A stretch of 24,000 nucleotides of DNA, from positions 12,129-36,128 of the forward strand of contig DATKLM010000116.1 of NCBI GenBank assembly GCA_035542415.1. Reading direction: 5' to 3'. A program made the position numbers and the translations under genes. Below the pieces are notes generated by a model, which had not been told where the DNA came from, searched no databases, and saw only the letters and a list, made by a program, of their open reading frames with translations. Within the stretch, counting starts at the first letter, position 1. Each line of letters opens with the position of its first letter. This document shows positions 13,700-23,174 of this stretch, one piece after another. This DNA comes from Spirochaetia bacterium. GTDB lineage: Bacteria; Spirochaetota; Spirochaetia; SZUA-6; Fen-1364.

Positions 13700-16600
13700 C
13701 TAGAGAACGATGAGTCTTTTCAGGATTGTTGAAATCACGATATCGCTGTCAGAGGCAAATGCCAGAAGAGCGTAGGCATCCTGGTTTCGGAATGTCACCG
13801 GCAGCATGACGATCCGCTTCATGTACCGCAGGTCCTCGAAGTCGAACAAGGCCCTCCAGTACTGGATCTCCGCCGGGTTCCGATTGACCGCTACTGCCTT
13901 CCGCTGGGACAGGAGGAGCTTGAACATCCGCCCGTCGACCAGGAAGCGCAGGGCATGACCGCTCTTTTCGCTGAGACCGACGGTCAGGTCGACAAGGAAG
14001 CCCTCCGGCTTTTTCAGAAGCAGGCAGGCGCTGACCGCCGACACTCGGCGGGATACCTCGACAAGGGACTTCATCTGCGACGAGTGCGTGAACGAACGTG
14101 GATAGAGAGACAGGAACTCGTCATAGTCGATGCCGTTTCTCTTGAGGTGCATGGAGGCGGTCTTCTCACGGTCTGCGGAAAGGACCTCCTCCCGCTCCTC
14201 GTCCTGCCTGTCTCCAACCTCTTCGGAAAGATCGATCGTCTGCTCTTCCCGGATCAGGTCCCCGATTCCGGCGAACAGGTCCTCATCCCGGGGTTCGCGC
14301 GCGTCCTCAGCCGCGTTCTTCACGACCTCCCGCGCAATCTCCAGAAGGCCGCCCTGGCGCGCGGCGCTCCGGGCGGCCGACACGTCGCGCGGCGGCTGCG
14401 CCGGGCTGGCGTACAGCTCGTCCTTGATCCTGAAGACGCCGTCCTCCATGACGATGGCGGACTTGGACTCGTCAACGATTTTCTGGAGCTCGGGGATGGA
14501 CCACGCCTTGATGGTTCCCCCGGCGATCAGGCCCGGGATCTCGTCCTCCGCGTCCTCCACGTCGTACCCGGGTTCCGTGCCGCCCTCGGGGATCTCTTCG
14601 AGCGCTTCCAGCTCTTCCACCTCCGCCTCGGCGACGGTCTCTTCCCGGGCAACGCTGGAAGCAGGGGGCTTGACCGCCGTGGCGATCGCTTCCGCCTCTT
14701 CTTCAGCCGCCCCGGCGGGACTTTCCCTGCCTTCGAAATAGCCGGGAGGGGCGTCGTCCGTGCCGAACGTGAGCAGCACGCCGCGCTCGTCCAGGACCCT
14801 CTCTTCCATCTCCTCCTCATCCGCCGGAGGAAGGAGCTCCAGGCCCTCCTCGTACGGGAGCGGCGGCAGGGGCTGGATCTCCTGGAGCGACTCGAGCTCT
14901 TCCAGGGACTCCTCGGGAGAATCGATCCGGGTGTCGTAAGATTGCAGGTCGCGAATAATGGCGGCCGGCTCGGGGGCCTGGCGGATGCCTGACCGCGCCT
15001 CGGGGAACGGGGTCACTGCCGTGAGAGGCGGGGCCTGCTCCGCGAGCTCGTCTTCCCCCACGGACTCGAGCTCTCCGATCTCCTCCGCCGGGGCGGGCTG
15101 CGCGGGCCCCGGAGCGCCGGGCGCTTCGGCGAAACCCGCCTCTTCCAGAGAGACCTCTTCGAGATCTGCCTCCTGCGCTGCCGCGGCTGCGTCGGTCACC
15201 TCGGAGGGAACCTCCAGCGTGCCGGCCTCGTCGAGGGCAGGCGCCTCAACGATCTGGGACTCATCCACGAGCTCGACTTCTTCAACAAATTCCGCTGAAA
15301 GCGGCTCCGCGGCTGCTTCCCTCGGGGCGGCAGCGGTTTCGTCAGACACCGCGAGAGCCTCAACAGCCTCGGCCTCTTCAACAGCCTCCGCTTCTTCGGC
15401 TTCGGCGGCTGGCGCTTCTTCGACAGCCTCCGCTTCTTCGGCTTCCGCCTCTTCTGCCTCCGGGACTGGTGCCTCTTCGGCAGCCTCGGCTTCCTCTACC
15501 GCTTCAGCTTCCTCGATGCCCTCAGCTTCCTCGACGCCTTCAGCCTCTTCAACAGCTTCCGCTTCTTCGACAGGAGCCTCTTCGACGGCCTCGGCCTCCT
15601 CAGCCGGCGCTTCTTCGACGGCCTCAGCTTCCTCTACCGCTTCGGCTTCCTCGACGCCCTCAGCCTCTTCAACAGCTTCCGCTTCTTCAAGCTCCTCGGC
15701 TTCGGCGGCAGGGGCTTCTTCCACCGGCTCGGCTTCTTCTACGCCCTCCGCTTCTCCGACTTCCTCGACAGCTTCCGCCTCCGCGGGAGCCTCCGCGGAG
15801 GCAATGGGCGCAGCCTCTGCCTTCAAGGCGCGCGCCGCCGGCTTCTGCGCCGGCCCGGCGATGCTGGCGTTCTGAAGCGCCGTCTTGATCAGGGACTCCA
15901 GCCGGGAGATGTCCAGCGCCCCGATGGCAGGCGCCTGGGGCGCCTGGGAGCGGCGCGAGATGAGGTCGATGATCTCGTTCCAGCTCTTGGCCATGTACTC
16001 GTCGATGACAGGCTTCTGCTTGCGGGACACCCTCCCGATCCCCCGCTGGATCTGCCACGTGATCTCTTCACGGCGGGACTCAAGCTCCCGCGACCACCTG
16101 CTCCAGTCCGCTCCGCCCGGCCCTTCGATCAGCTCCGTCATGAGCTGGATCTGGAAGCGCTTCACTCTCTGCCGAAGGACGTCCAGCGGATCGGAGCGGA
16201 GGTTGATAAGGAGGTAGACGATGAGGAAGACGGTGAGGAAGAAGGTGGCAAGCAGAAGTCCCTTCATCAGGTCCGTCATCTCGAAAACGGAGCTGGAAAC
16301 GAGGAGGCTCGCCACGCCTCCCGGATGCAGCCGGACGGCGAACGCCAGGAACGCCTGAGGCTTTCCTCCCTCTCCCGAAAGGGTCAAAGGGCTGCTGAAG
16401 GACGGAACGTCGGGATGGTCCCGCCACATCTGCACCAGGGCGGACGACACGGCATTCATGTCGCCGGCGCTGAAGTTCAGGAGGACGCCGTCGCTCTTGA
16501 TGAGAGAGACACTGGTAACGGCGATCTGCGGCATGAGCTGGAGGTCTGCCAGGAGGTCGAGGGCGCCCAGGTAGAAAACCGCCGTTCCGCGGTACTGCTG

Positions 16601-17149
16601 GGCGTTGCCGGCCCCGGTGGGCTGATACACGGGAGCGCTGTAGATCAGTCTCCCCTGGTCGCCGTCAATGAACAGCCGCGGATCGTCTCCCGGGCCCAGG
16701 AGCACCGTGGACACCGGGACGGAAGGCTCCACCTCCGTGTAGTTGCGGTAGGCGAACTTTTCGGGAGTCAGGTTCTTCGCGTCCGCGGCAATCGAGCTGA
16801 AAACGATCTTCTGGCCGTCGGCGGTGATGACGCGCACTCCCGCCACGTGAAGGGTGCCCAGGGCATCCGCCCACTGGCGCATGACCGCCGGGGTCAGGGT
16901 GGGCTCGAAGGAAGCTACGGCGAAGTCCTTCTTGGCCACCGCGGCGAACCGCTCGAGATTGGCGGAGTGGAACTTCTCGATCCGTCCGCCGAGGATCCCG
17001 ACCTGGGTGACGTAGCCCTGCTGGACACGGGGGAGGAAGAAGCTGGCCTGGAGGACGTTGAAGAGACCCGAGAATGCGAGGACGGCGAATCCCGCGAACA
17101 GGAGAACGGAAACGAGCAGACTGATCGCTACTTTGAGACCCTGCCGCAT
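13700..17149 (-). CDS. Large two-TM protein: Cache-like extracytoplasmic domain, long acidic disordered cytoplasmic region with hexapeptide repeats, GAF-like C-terminal domain; function unknown
   Basis: ATG 17149. TM1 is VAISLLVSVLLFAGFAVLAFSGLF. The ~260-aa outer domain has a Cache-like pattern (RLIYSAPVY...YRGTAVFYLGALDLLADL). TM2 is LLLATFFLTVFLIVYLLINL. An E/A/P/V-rich region of roughly 550 aa follows. The C-terminal ~150 aa has a GAF-like pattern (…RIVMLPVTFRNQDAYALLAFAS…). Domain names rest on pattern recognition only. Confidence 0.8.
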   Translation of the reverse strand: MRQGLKVAISLLVSVLLFAGFAVLAFSGLFNVLQASFFLPRVQQGYVTQVGILGGRIEKFHSANLERFAAVAKKDFAVASFEPTLTPAVMRQWADALGTLHVAGVRVITADGQKIVFSSIAADAKNLTPEKFAYRNYTEVEPSVPVSTVLLGPGDDPRLFIDGDQGRLIYSAPVYQPTGAGNAQQYRGTAVFYLGALDLLADLQLMPQIAVTSVSLIKSDGVLLNFSAGDMNAVSSALVQMWRDHPDVPSFSSPLTLSGEGGKPQAFLAFAVRLHPGGVASLLVSSSVFEMTDLMKGLLLATFFLTVFLIVYLLINLRSDPLDVLRQRVKRFQIQLMTELIEGPGGADWSRWSRELESRREEITWQIQRGIGRVSRKQKPVIDEYMAKSWNEIIDLISRRSQAPQAPAIGALDISRLESLIKTALQNASIAGPAQKPAARALKAEAAPIASAEAPAEAEAVEEVGEAEGVEEAEPVEEAPAAEAEELEEAEAVEEAEGVEEAEAVEEAEAVEEAPAEEAEAVEEAPVEEAEAVEEAEGVEEAEGIEEAEAVEEAEAAEEAPVPEAEEAEAEEAEAVEEAPAAEAEEAEAVEEAEAVEALAVSDETAAAPREAAAEPLSAEFVEEVELVDESQIVEAPALDEAGTLEVPSEVTDAAAAAQEADLEEVSLEEAGFAEAPGAPGPAQPAPAEEIGELESVGEDELAEQAPPLTAVTPFPEARSGIRQAPEPAAIIRDLQSYDTRIDSPEESLEELESLQEIQPLPPLPYEEGLELLPPADEEEMEERVLDERGVLLTFGTDDAPPGYFEGRESPAGAAEEEAEAIATAVKPPASSVAREETVAEAEVEELEALEEIPEGGTEPGYDVEDAEDEIPGLIAGGTIKAWSIPELQKIVDESKSAIVMEDGVFRIKDELYASPAQPPRDVSAARSAARQGGLLEIAREVVKNAAEDAREPRDEDLFAGIGDLIREEQTIDLSEEVGDRQDEEREEVLSADREKTASMHLKRNGIDYDEFLSLYPRSFTHSSQMKSLVEVSRRVSAVSACLLLKKPEGFLVDLTVGLSEKSGHALRFLVDGRMFKLLLSQRKAVAVNRNPAEIQYWRALFDFEDLRYMKRIVMLPVTFRNQDAYALLAFASDSDIVISTILKRLIVL
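15350..15796 (-). repeat. About 24 tandem 18-bp units encoding an (E-E-A-E-A/G/P-V)-type polyacidic tract, with higher-order ~120-140-bp duplications
   Basis: The protein reads AEAVEEVGEAEGVEEAEPVEEAPAAEAEELEEAEAVEEAEGVEEAEAVEEAEAVEEAPAEEAEAVEEAPVEEAEAVEEAEGVEEAEGIEEAEAVEEAEAAEE... In DNA, cttcctctaccgcttc[a/g]gcttcctcga ... cagcctcttcaacagcttccgcttcttc occurs twice (about 15488-15567 and 15625-15686). Confidence 0.85.
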
Positions 17150-17180
17150 GAGAAACGGTTTCCCTCTTCCTTCTCTATCG

Positions 17181-17205
17181 GCTCACGGGGTGATGCCCCG
17201 TGAGC
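17181..17205 (-). terminator. Perfect 10-bp GC-rich hairpin between rplQ and the downstream gene; possible terminator, attenuator or RNA-stabilising structure
   Basis: GCTCACGGGG tgatg CCCCGTGAGC. On the minus-strand RNA it sits 36 nt after the rplQ stop, but CGAUAGAG follows it, so there is no U-tract. A T4 run follows only in the plus orientation. Confidence 0.35.
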
Positions 17206-17240
17206 ACGATTTTCGGGGAGGCCCTGCGGCGTCGACTGAG

Positions 17241-17657
17241 CTAACCTTCCTTCTTCGCCGCTTCGGAGGCTTCCTTCTTCTTGCGTTTCCGCTCCCGCTC
17301 CTTGCGGTCCACGAGCTCCAGGATCACCATCTCGGAGGCGTCCCCGAAACGGCGGCCCATCTTCAGGATCCTCGTGTACCCGCCCGGCCTCTGATTATAG
17401 CGCGGCGCGATGTCGACGAAAAGCTTGTTCAGGATCATGCCGTCATTGATCGAACGGGCGGCCATCCGGCGGTTGTGCACGGAGTCCACCTTGGCCCTCG
17501 TGATGAGCTTCTCCGCGAGGCGGCGCGCCTCCTTGGCCTTCGGCATGGTGGTGCGGATCCGCTCGTAACGGAACAGGGCCTTGGCCTGCGCCTTCAGGAG
17601 CGCCTTGCGGTGGGCCGAGGTGCGGCCCAGCCGGTTGTAGCTACTGCGATGATTCAT
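17241..17657 (-). CDS. rplQ: 50S ribosomal protein L17
   Basis: ATG 17657 with [30 protein letters not shown]... aligns from residue 1 with L17. The Lys/Glu-rich C-terminal tail is [22 protein letters not shown]. The start overlaps the rpoA end by 17 nt. The track start 17687 is an extension. Confidence 0.95.
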   Translation of the reverse strand: MNHRSSYNRLGRTSAHRKALLKAQAKALFRYERIRTTMPKAKEARRLAEKLITRAKVDSVHNRRMAARSINDGMILNKLFVDIAPRYNQRPGGYTRILKMGRRFGDASEMVILELVDRKERERKRKKKEASEAAKKEG

Positions 17658-18744
17658 TTTCCTCTCCAAGGGCCACCGCCCCGACACCCGGTACGGCCGC
17701 CGGAACCTCTCCTGCCAGCTGCTTCTTCAGCTGCTTCTTCAGCGCCGAGTAGTCCTTCATCCCCAGGTCCAGGCCGCGGGCCTGGAGCTTGTCCCGGATC
17801 TCCTGGAGGCTCTTCTTCCCGAAGTTCCGCGTCTTGGTGATCTCTTCTTCCGTCTTCTTCGTGAGATCTCCGATCGTGCGGATGTTCGCGTTGCGCAGGC
17901 AGTTGCTGGAGCGCACGGAGAGCTCCAGCTCCTCCACCGGCGTGTCCAGGAGCGCGCGGATGCGCTCCTCGTCCTCATCCACGTCCTCATCTCCCCCGGC
18001 CTCCGACTCGTCGAAGTTGATGAAGATGGTGAAGTGGTCCTTGGCGATCTTCGCCGCCTCCGCGAGGGCATCGTCCGGGGTGATGGTCCCGTCCGTCCAG
18101 ATCTCGAGGATGAGCTTGTCATAGTCCGTCCGCTGCCCCACCCGCGTGTTCTCCACGCTGTACTTCACCTTCTGGATGGGGGAGAAGATCGAGTCGATGG
18201 GAATGGTCCCAATGACCTCGATGTACTTCTCGTTTCTCTCCGCGGGCACGTACCCGCGCCCGAGGTTGATCTGGATCTCGAACTCCAGGTTGGCCTTGTC
18301 CATGAGCGTGGCGATGGGGAGCTTCTCGTTGAAGATCTCCACGTCGTTGTCCACGGCGAGGTCGCTCGCGGTGAGCGTCTTCGAGCCCTTCGCCTCCACG
18401 ATGATCGTCTTCTCCTCCAGGTCACCGCCGAGCCTCACCTGGACCTGCTTGAGGTTGTTGATGAAGTCCGGCGTATCCTCCACCATCTGGGGGATGGGCT
18501 CGTACTCACTCGCAATGGTGTGCGGGGTGCCGTCATCCTTGTACGTCGTGATCTTCACGGCGGAGACGGCGTATCCCTGGATGGAGGACAGGAGGATGCG
18601 GCGCAGGGTATTGCCGATGGTGACGCCGTAGCCGCGCTCGAACGGGTAGGCGACGAACCGGCCGTAGTTGGCCTCCACCTCGCTGTGCTCGAAGGTGATG
18701 CCCTTCGGTTTCTTGAATCCCTTCAGAAGGTTCTTTCTTACCAT
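17641..18744 (-). CDS. rpoA: DNA-directed RNA polymerase subunit alpha
   Basis: NTD motif [21 protein letters not shown] HhH motif [23 protein letters not shown]. Located between rpsD and rplQ. ATG 18744 with GAGG upstream. Confidence 0.96.
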   Translation of the reverse strand: MVRKNLLKGFKKPKGITFEHSEVEANYGRFVAYPFERGYGVTIGNTLRRILLSSIQGYAVSAVKITTYKDDGTPHTIASEYEPIPQMVEDTPDFINNLKQVQVRLGGDLEEKTIIVEAKGSKTLTASDLAVDNDVEIFNEKLPIATLMDKANLEFEIQINLGRGYVPAERNEKYIEVIGTIPIDSIFSPIQKVKYSVENTRVGQRTDYDKLILEIWTDGTITPDDALAEAAKIAKDHFTIFINFDESEAGGDEDVDEDEERIRALLDTPVEELELSVRSSNCLRNANIRTIGDLTKKTEEEITKTRNFGKKSLQEIRDKLQARGLDLGMKDYSALKKQLKKQLAGEVPAAVPGVGAVALGEENESSQ

Positions 18745-18754
18745 CGAAAAAACC

Positions 18755-19390
18755 TCACTTCGAATACAGCTCGACGATCAGCTGCTCTCTGATATCCGCG
18801 AGGTCACTGATCTCGCTGCGCCGGGGAATGGCACGGACCTTGCCGACCATCCGATCCGGGTCGATTTCAAGCCAGGGTACGATCCCGGCCCGGGAGTACT
18901 CCTTGAGGCTCTCCTTGATCGCGGTGAGCTTCGTGCTGGGTTCCCGCACGGCCACCTCGTCGTTCTCCTTCACGAGTTGGGAGGGGATGGAGGCCCGCCG
19001 TCCGTTCACGGCGATGTGTCCGTGGAGCACGAGCTGCCGGGCGGACTTGCGCGACGGGGCCAGGTGCATGCGGTACACGACGTTGTCCAGGCGCCTCTCG
19101 AGCATCTGGATGAGGTTCTCTCCGGTGACCCCCTTGCGGCGGACAGCCTTGCCGAAGAAGAGATGGAACTGCCCCTCGAGCATCCCGTACATTCTCTTGA
19201 GCTTCTGCTTCTCCCGCAGCTGCACGCCGTAGTCCGAGATCTTCTTCGTGCGGCTTCGCGGGCCCTTGCCGGGGGCCCCCTTCTTTCTGGTCACGGGGCA
19301 CTTGGGGCCCTTGCAGCGGTCCCCCTTCAGATAGAGCTTATACCCCTGGGCCCTGCAGAGCCTGCACTGGGGGCCGATGTTCCTTCCCAC
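18755..19390 (-). CDS. rpsD: 30S ribosomal protein S4 (four-Cys zinc-ribbon type N-terminus)
   Basis: GTG start at 19390 with AAGGGAGGAGG upstream. ...SDYGVQLREKQKLKRMYG... plus an S4 RNA-binding domain. Cys9, Cys12, Cys26 and Cys31 form a CX2C...CX4C pattern. Confidence 0.96.
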   Translation of the reverse strand: MGRNIGPQCRLCRAQGYKLYLKGDRCKGPKCPVTRKKGAPGKGPRSRTKKISDYGVQLREKQKLKRMYGMLEGQFHLFFGKAVRRKGVTGENLIQMLERRLDNVVYRMHLAPSRKSARQLVLHGHIAVNGRRASIPSQLVKENDEVAVREPSTKLTAIKESLKEYSRAGIVPWLEIDPDRMVGKVRAIPRRSEISDLADIREQLIVELYSK

Positions 19391-19405
19391 GATTCCTCCT
19401 CCCTT

Positions 19406-19789
19406 TTATACGCGCCGCTTCTTCGGGGGCCGGCATCCGTTGTGGGGGATGGGGGTGATGTCCTTGATTGAACGCACCCTGATCCCCAGGACCCCGAACG
19501 CGCGGATGGCGGCCTCGGAGCCGACGCCGGGGCCGCGCACGAGCACGACCAGCTCCCGCAGTCCCTGCTCCATCGCCTTGCTTCCCGCGGATTCCGCGGT
19601 GGTCTGCGCGGCGAAGGGTGTCGATTTCTTGGCGCCTTTGAACCCCAGCGCTCCCGCGGACGCCCAGGAGATGGTGTTTCCCATGAGGTCCGTGATGGTC
19701 ACGATGGTGTTGTTGAAGGTGGCCTGGATGTAGGCCCTCCCTTCGGCTATGTTCTTCTTCTTTTCCTTTTTGCCCTTTGCTTTCGCCAT
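19406..19789 (-). CDS. rpsK: 30S ribosomal protein S11
   Basis: [49 protein letters not shown] 19789. Confidence 0.97.
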   Translation of the reverse strand: MAKAKGKKEKKKNIAEGRAYIQATFNNTIVTITDLMGNTISWASAGALGFKGAKKSTPFAAQTTAESAGSKAMEQGLRELVVLVRGPGVGSEAAIRAFGVLGIRVRSIKDITPIPHNGCRPPKKRRV

Positions 19790-19792
19790 GGG

Positions 19793-20161
19793 TTATTTCT
19801 TCCTCTTCCCGGCCACGGTCTTCCGCTTGCCTTTACGCGTGCGGGCGTTCGTCTTGGTCCGCTGCCCCCTCACGGGGAGACCGCGGCGGTGGCGGATGCC
19901 GCGGTAGCAGCCGATGTCCATGAGCCTCTTGATGTTCAGGGAGACCTCGGTGCGCAGGCGCCCTTCAACCTTGTAGTCGCTCTCGATGACCGTCCGAAGC
20001 TTGTTCACCTCGTCGGCGGAGAGATCGTTCGTGCGCTTCATGGGATCCACACCCGTGGCCCCGCAGATCTTCCGCGCGGAGGTGACCCCGATCCCGTAGA
20101 TGTAGGTCAGGGCGACGTCCACGTGCTTGTTGGGAAGATCGACACCGGCAATACGTGCCAT
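19793..20161 (-). CDS. rpsM: 30S ribosomal protein S13
   Basis: [25 protein letters not shown]... ATG 20161 with AAAGGAGAG upstream. Confidence 0.97.
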   Translation of the reverse strand: MARIAGVDLPNKHVDVALTYIYGIGVTSARKICGATGVDPMKRTNDLSADEVNKLRTVIESDYKVEGRLRTEVSLNIKRLMDIGCYRGIRHRRGLPVRGQRTKTNARTRKGKRKTVAGKRKK

Positions 20162-20177
20162 CCATGCTCTCCTTTGT

Positions 20178-20291
20178 CTACCGCTGGCGCTGCTTGTGCT
20201 TGGGGTTCGAGCAGATGATGCGAACGACGCCCCGGCGCCTGATCACCCTGCACTTGTCGCAGATCGGCTTCACGCTGACGCGCACTTTCAT
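20178..20291 (-). CDS. rpmJ: 50S ribosomal protein L36 (zinc-binding CX2C...CX4H form)
   Basis: [37 protein letters not shown], 37 aa. ATG 20291 with GGAGG 7 nt upstream. This is only the last 114 nt of track ORF 20178-20606. Confidence 0.95.
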   Translation of the reverse strand: MKVRVSVKPICDKCRVIRRRGVVRIICSNPKHKQRQR

Positions 20292-20304
20292 GTCACGGCC
20301 TCCG

Positions 20305-21624
20305 TTACAGGTTGCGGGAACGTATCTTGCCCCGCTTGACGATCCCGTCGTGGTGGTGCATCCGCAGGTACCCCTCGATCTGGGACATCGTGTCCAGGTC
20401 CACGCCGACGAGAATGAGGAGTGAGGTGCCTCCCATGAGGTAGGCCACCGCGCTGGGAAACCGGAACAGGGTCTGCACCAGCGTCGGGATGATGGCGATG
20501 AACGCCAGGAAGAGCGACCCGGGGAGGATGATCCTGTAGAGGATCCGCGAGAGGTACTCCTCCATCTTTTCGCTGCGGATCCCCGGGATGGACCCCCCGT
20601 TCTCACGGATGTGCTTGGAGATCTCCACCGGGTTCAGCGTGACCTGCGTGTAGAAGTAGGCAAAGAAGATGATGAGCATGGCGTACGCCACCACGTACGG
20701 CAGGCCCTGCGGGTGCAGCCACGCGGCGAAGCGGGAGAGCCACTCCACACGCGCGCCGAGGTTCTGCGCGATCTGGATGGGGAACACGAGCACGGAGGAG
20801 GCGAAGATCACCGGAATGACCCCGGAAGGGTTCACCTTGAACGGGAGATACGTGTTCTGCGCCCCGTACATACGGCGCCCGATGACCCGCTTCGCGTAGT
20901 GCACGGGGATCTTGCGCTGGCCCTGCTGCTCGATGATGACCAGGGCCACGACCACGACGAAGAGCGCCAGCACGATGATGACGAACACGGGGTTCAGCTC
21001 GCGGCGCTGGATGGCGAGCACGAGCGTCCAGAGCGCGCCCGGGATGCGGGCCACGATCCCCGCGAAAATGATCATGGAGATCCCGTTCCCGATGCCCCGC
21101 CGGGTGATCTGGTCACCGAGCCACATGAGGAACATCGTTCCCGTGGTTATGGTCAGCATCGCGAGGAGGATGAAGGGCAGCCTCTGCATGGAGATGGCGT
21201 CCGGGATGCGGTTGGCGTACACGGTGACCGTGTAGGACTGGACGATACAGACGAACACCGTCCCGTAGCGGGTCCAGCGGTTGATCTTCTTCTTCCCGCC
21301 CTCCTCCTCGGAGATCTTCTTCAGGCGCGGAAAGACGATGGTGACGAGCTGCATGATGATCGACATCGAGATGTAGGGCATGATGGACAGCATGAAGATG
21401 GAGAAGTTCTTGAATGCCCCGCCCGCGAAGAAGTCGAGGAAGTCCTCGATCCCCATCGCCCCCGACGTGCCCTGCGCGGCGAAGTACATCTTGAGCGCCG
21501 CGATGTTGACGCCCGGGACCGGAAGGATCGTTCCCAGGCGGTAGATCACGAGGATGCCGATGGTGAAGAGGATGCGGTCCCTCAACTCCTTGACCCGGAA
21601 GATGTCGACAATCGGATTCGCCAT
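20305..21624 (-). CDS. secY: Preprotein translocase subunit SecY
   Basis: 439 aa and polytopic. ...[15 protein letters not shown]... and [22 protein letters not shown] motifs. Located between rplO and rpmJ. The ATG shares one base with the rplO TAA (TAATG). Confidence 0.96.
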   Translation of the reverse strand: MANPIVDIFRVKELRDRILFTIGILVIYRLGTILPVPGVNIAALKMYFAAQGTSGAMGIEDFLDFFAGGAFKNFSIFMLSIMPYISMSIIMQLVTIVFPRLKKISEEEGGKKKINRWTRYGTVFVCIVQSYTVTVYANRIPDAISMQRLPFILLAMLTITTGTMFLMWLGDQITRRGIGNGISMIIFAGIVARIPGALWTLVLAIQRRELNPVFVIIVLALFVVVVALVIIEQQGQRKIPVHYAKRVIGRRMYGAQNTYLPFKVNPSGVIPVIFASSVLVFPIQIAQNLGARVEWLSRFAAWLHPQGLPYVVAYAMLIIFFAYFYTQVTLNPVEISKHIRENGGSIPGIRSEKMEEYLSRILYRIILPGSLFLAFIAIIPTLVQTLFRFPSAVAYLMGGTSLLILVGVDLDTMSQIEGYLRMHHHDGIVKRGKIRSRNL

Positions 21625-22088
21625 TATTTCGTCGGGGCCTCTCCCCCATTCCCGTCCGCGATGCGCCCGCCCATCTTTTCGATCTTGTCGCGCGCGGCCT
21701 TGGAGACCTTCGCGCCCTCAACGACGAGCTTGCGGGCAAGCTCGCCCATCCCCAGGATCTTCACCGGCAGGCTCGCCTTGCGCGCAAGCCCCCGGGCCCG
21801 GAGAGTGTCCGGATTCACCGTTTCGCCGTCGGAAAAGCGGTTGAGATCGGAGACGTTGACGATCTGATACACCCGCTTGAAATGATAGTTGGAGAATCCG
21901 CGCCGGGCAATCCTGCGGAACAGGGGCATCTGGCCTCCCTCGAAGCCCAGCCTGACCCCTCCGCCGGCGCGGGCCTTCTGGCCTTTCGTGCCCTTGCCCG
22001 CCGTCTTGCCGTGCCCGGACCCGACTCCCCGGCCGAGCCTCTTGTTCTTCTTGCGGCCTTTGGGCGCGCGAAACGTGAATCCTTCCAT
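21624..22088 (-). CDS. rplO: 50S ribosomal protein L15
   Basis: KRLGRGVGSGHGKTAGKGTKGQKARAGGGVRLGFEGGQMPLFRRI. ATG 22088. Confidence 0.96.
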   Translation of the reverse strand: MEGFTFRAPKGRKKNKRLGRGVGSGHGKTAGKGTKGQKARAGGGVRLGFEGGQMPLFRRIARRGFSNYHFKRVYQIVNVSDLNRFSDGETVNPDTLRARGLARKASLPVKILGMGELARKLVVEGAKVSKAARDKIEKMGGRIADGNGGEAPTK

Positions 22089-22090
22089 GG

Positions 22091-22279
22091 TTAATTGATC
22101 TCCTCGACGTCGAGCAGATAGGAGACGGAGCGGACCATCCCGAGGACGGCCGGCGTCGCCGCCTTTTCCACCACGGCGCCCAGCTTGCGCAGCCCGAGGG
22201 CGGCCACCGTCCTGCGATGAGACGGCACGCAGCCGATGGTGCTGCGAACGAGCTTGATCCGCAGAGTGTTGCCTGCCAT
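22091..22279 (-). CDS. rpmD: 50S ribosomal protein L30
   Basis: MAGNTLRIKLVRSTIGCVPSHRRTVAALGLRKLG...TPAVLGMVRSVSYLLDVEE. ATG 22279 lies 5 nt after the rpsE stop. The track GTG 22294 would overlap rpsE. Confidence 0.93.
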   Translation of the reverse strand: MAGNTLRIKLVRSTIGCVPSHRRTVAALGLRKLGAVVEKAATPAVLGMVRSVSYLLDVEEIN

Positions 22280-22284
22280 GATCC

Positions 22285-22794
22285 CTACCCCCACATGTCC
22301 TTCAGGCTCTTGCCCCGGTTCGCCGCGATGAGGCGGGGATCCATGAGAGAGCCGAGGCCCTGGAAGACGGCCTTCACCGTGTTGATGGCGTTGGAGGACC
22401 CGATGGACTTGGAGAGGATATCGTGGATCCCCGCCGCTTCCATGACGGCCCGCACCGGGCCGCCGGCAATGACGCCCGTGCCGGGCGCCGCGGGCTTCAG
22501 GAGCACCTGGGCGCTCTTGAACTTCCCGATGACCTGGTGGGGAAGCGTCGCCTTCTTCACCGGCACCTGGACCATGCTCCTCTTGGCCTTCTCGATGCTC
22601 TTGCGGATGGCGTCGGACACGTCGTTGGCCTTGCCGAATCCGTACCCCACGCGGCCGGCACGGTCCCCGACCACCGTGAGAGCGGAGAAGGAGAAGCGCC
22701 GGCCGCCCTTCACGACCTTGGCGACCCTGTTCAACTTCACCAGCTTCTCAAGGAACTCGCCCTGGCCCCGATCCCGATCCTGTTCTCCTGCCAC
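22285..22794 (-). CDS. rpsE: 30S ribosomal protein S5
   Basis: [44 protein letters not shown] start at 22794 with AAGGGAGAAGG upstream. Confidence 0.96.
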   Translation of the reverse strand: MAGEQDRDRGQGEFLEKLVKLNRVAKVVKGGRRFSFSALTVVGDRAGRVGYGFGKANDVSDAIRKSIEKAKRSMVQVPVKKATLPHQVIGKFKSAQVLLKPAAPGTGVIAGGPVRAVMEAAGIHDILSKSIGSSNAINTVKAVFQGLGSLMDPRLIAANRGKSLKDMWG

Positions 22795-22805
22795 TGCCTT
22801 CTCCC

Positions 22806-23165
22806 TTACAGCTTCACGCCGGCCTTGCGGGCGCCTTCCGCCACGGCCTTGACCTTCCCGTGGTAGCGGTAGCCGTTCCGGTCGAACACGACCGCCGCGA
22901 TGTTCTTCGACTTGAGCCTCTCCGCGATGAGCTGGCCCAGCTTCTCAAGTCCTCCCACCTTGTTCCCCATGCCCTTCTGGTCCTTTTCCAGGTTGGAGGC
23001 GGCGGCGAGGGTCACGCCCTTCACGTCGTCGATGGCCTGGACGTAGGTGTAGCGGTTGGACTTGTAGACGCTGAGCCGCGGCCTCTCCGCTGTCCCGCTG
23101 ATCTTCTTGCGGATGCTCGCCTTTCTCTTCAAGCGCTTGCGCGCCTTGTCGTTGATCTTCTTCAT
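22806..23165 (-). CDS. rplR: 50S ribosomal protein L18
   Basis: [29 protein letters not shown]...[27 protein letters not shown] 23165. Confidence 0.96.
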   Translation of the reverse strand: MKKINDKARKRLKRKASIRKKISGTAERPRLSVYKSNRYTYVQAIDDVKGVTLAAASNLEKDQKGMGNKVGGLEKLGQLIAERLKSKNIAAVVFDRNGYRYHGKVKAVAEGARKAGVKL

Positions 23166-23174
23166 GGCCTCTTC

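Noticed and set aside
13955-15888. Plus-strand ORFs 13955-14992, 14130-14741, 14958-15875 (Ser/Ala-rich, 305 aa), 15469-15888 (Pro/Leu/Arg-rich)
   Set aside because: They are reverse-complement readings of the GAG/GCC/GTC-rich acidic repeats (E/A/V codons become S/A/L/P/R). They inherit the periodicity from the minus-strand gene and have no independent start signals.
17150-17240. Searched for a promoter for the 1149-aa gene between rplQ and its ATG
   Set aside because: There is no TTGACA-like -35 with a properly spaced TAnnnT. Only the hairpin and the SD are evident, so no promoter is called.
20292-20606. Upstream 105 codons of track ORF 20178-20606 (142 aa)
   Set aside because: This part overlaps the secY 3' end out of frame and is R/S/P/W-rich. 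Only the last 37 codons, with their own GGAGG SD, are L36.
20611-21867. Plus-strand 418-aa ORF antisense to secY/rplO (His/Asp/Arg/Glu-rich)
   Set aside because: It is an antisense shadow of a hydrophobic membrane-protein gene. Composition is implausible and no motifs are present.
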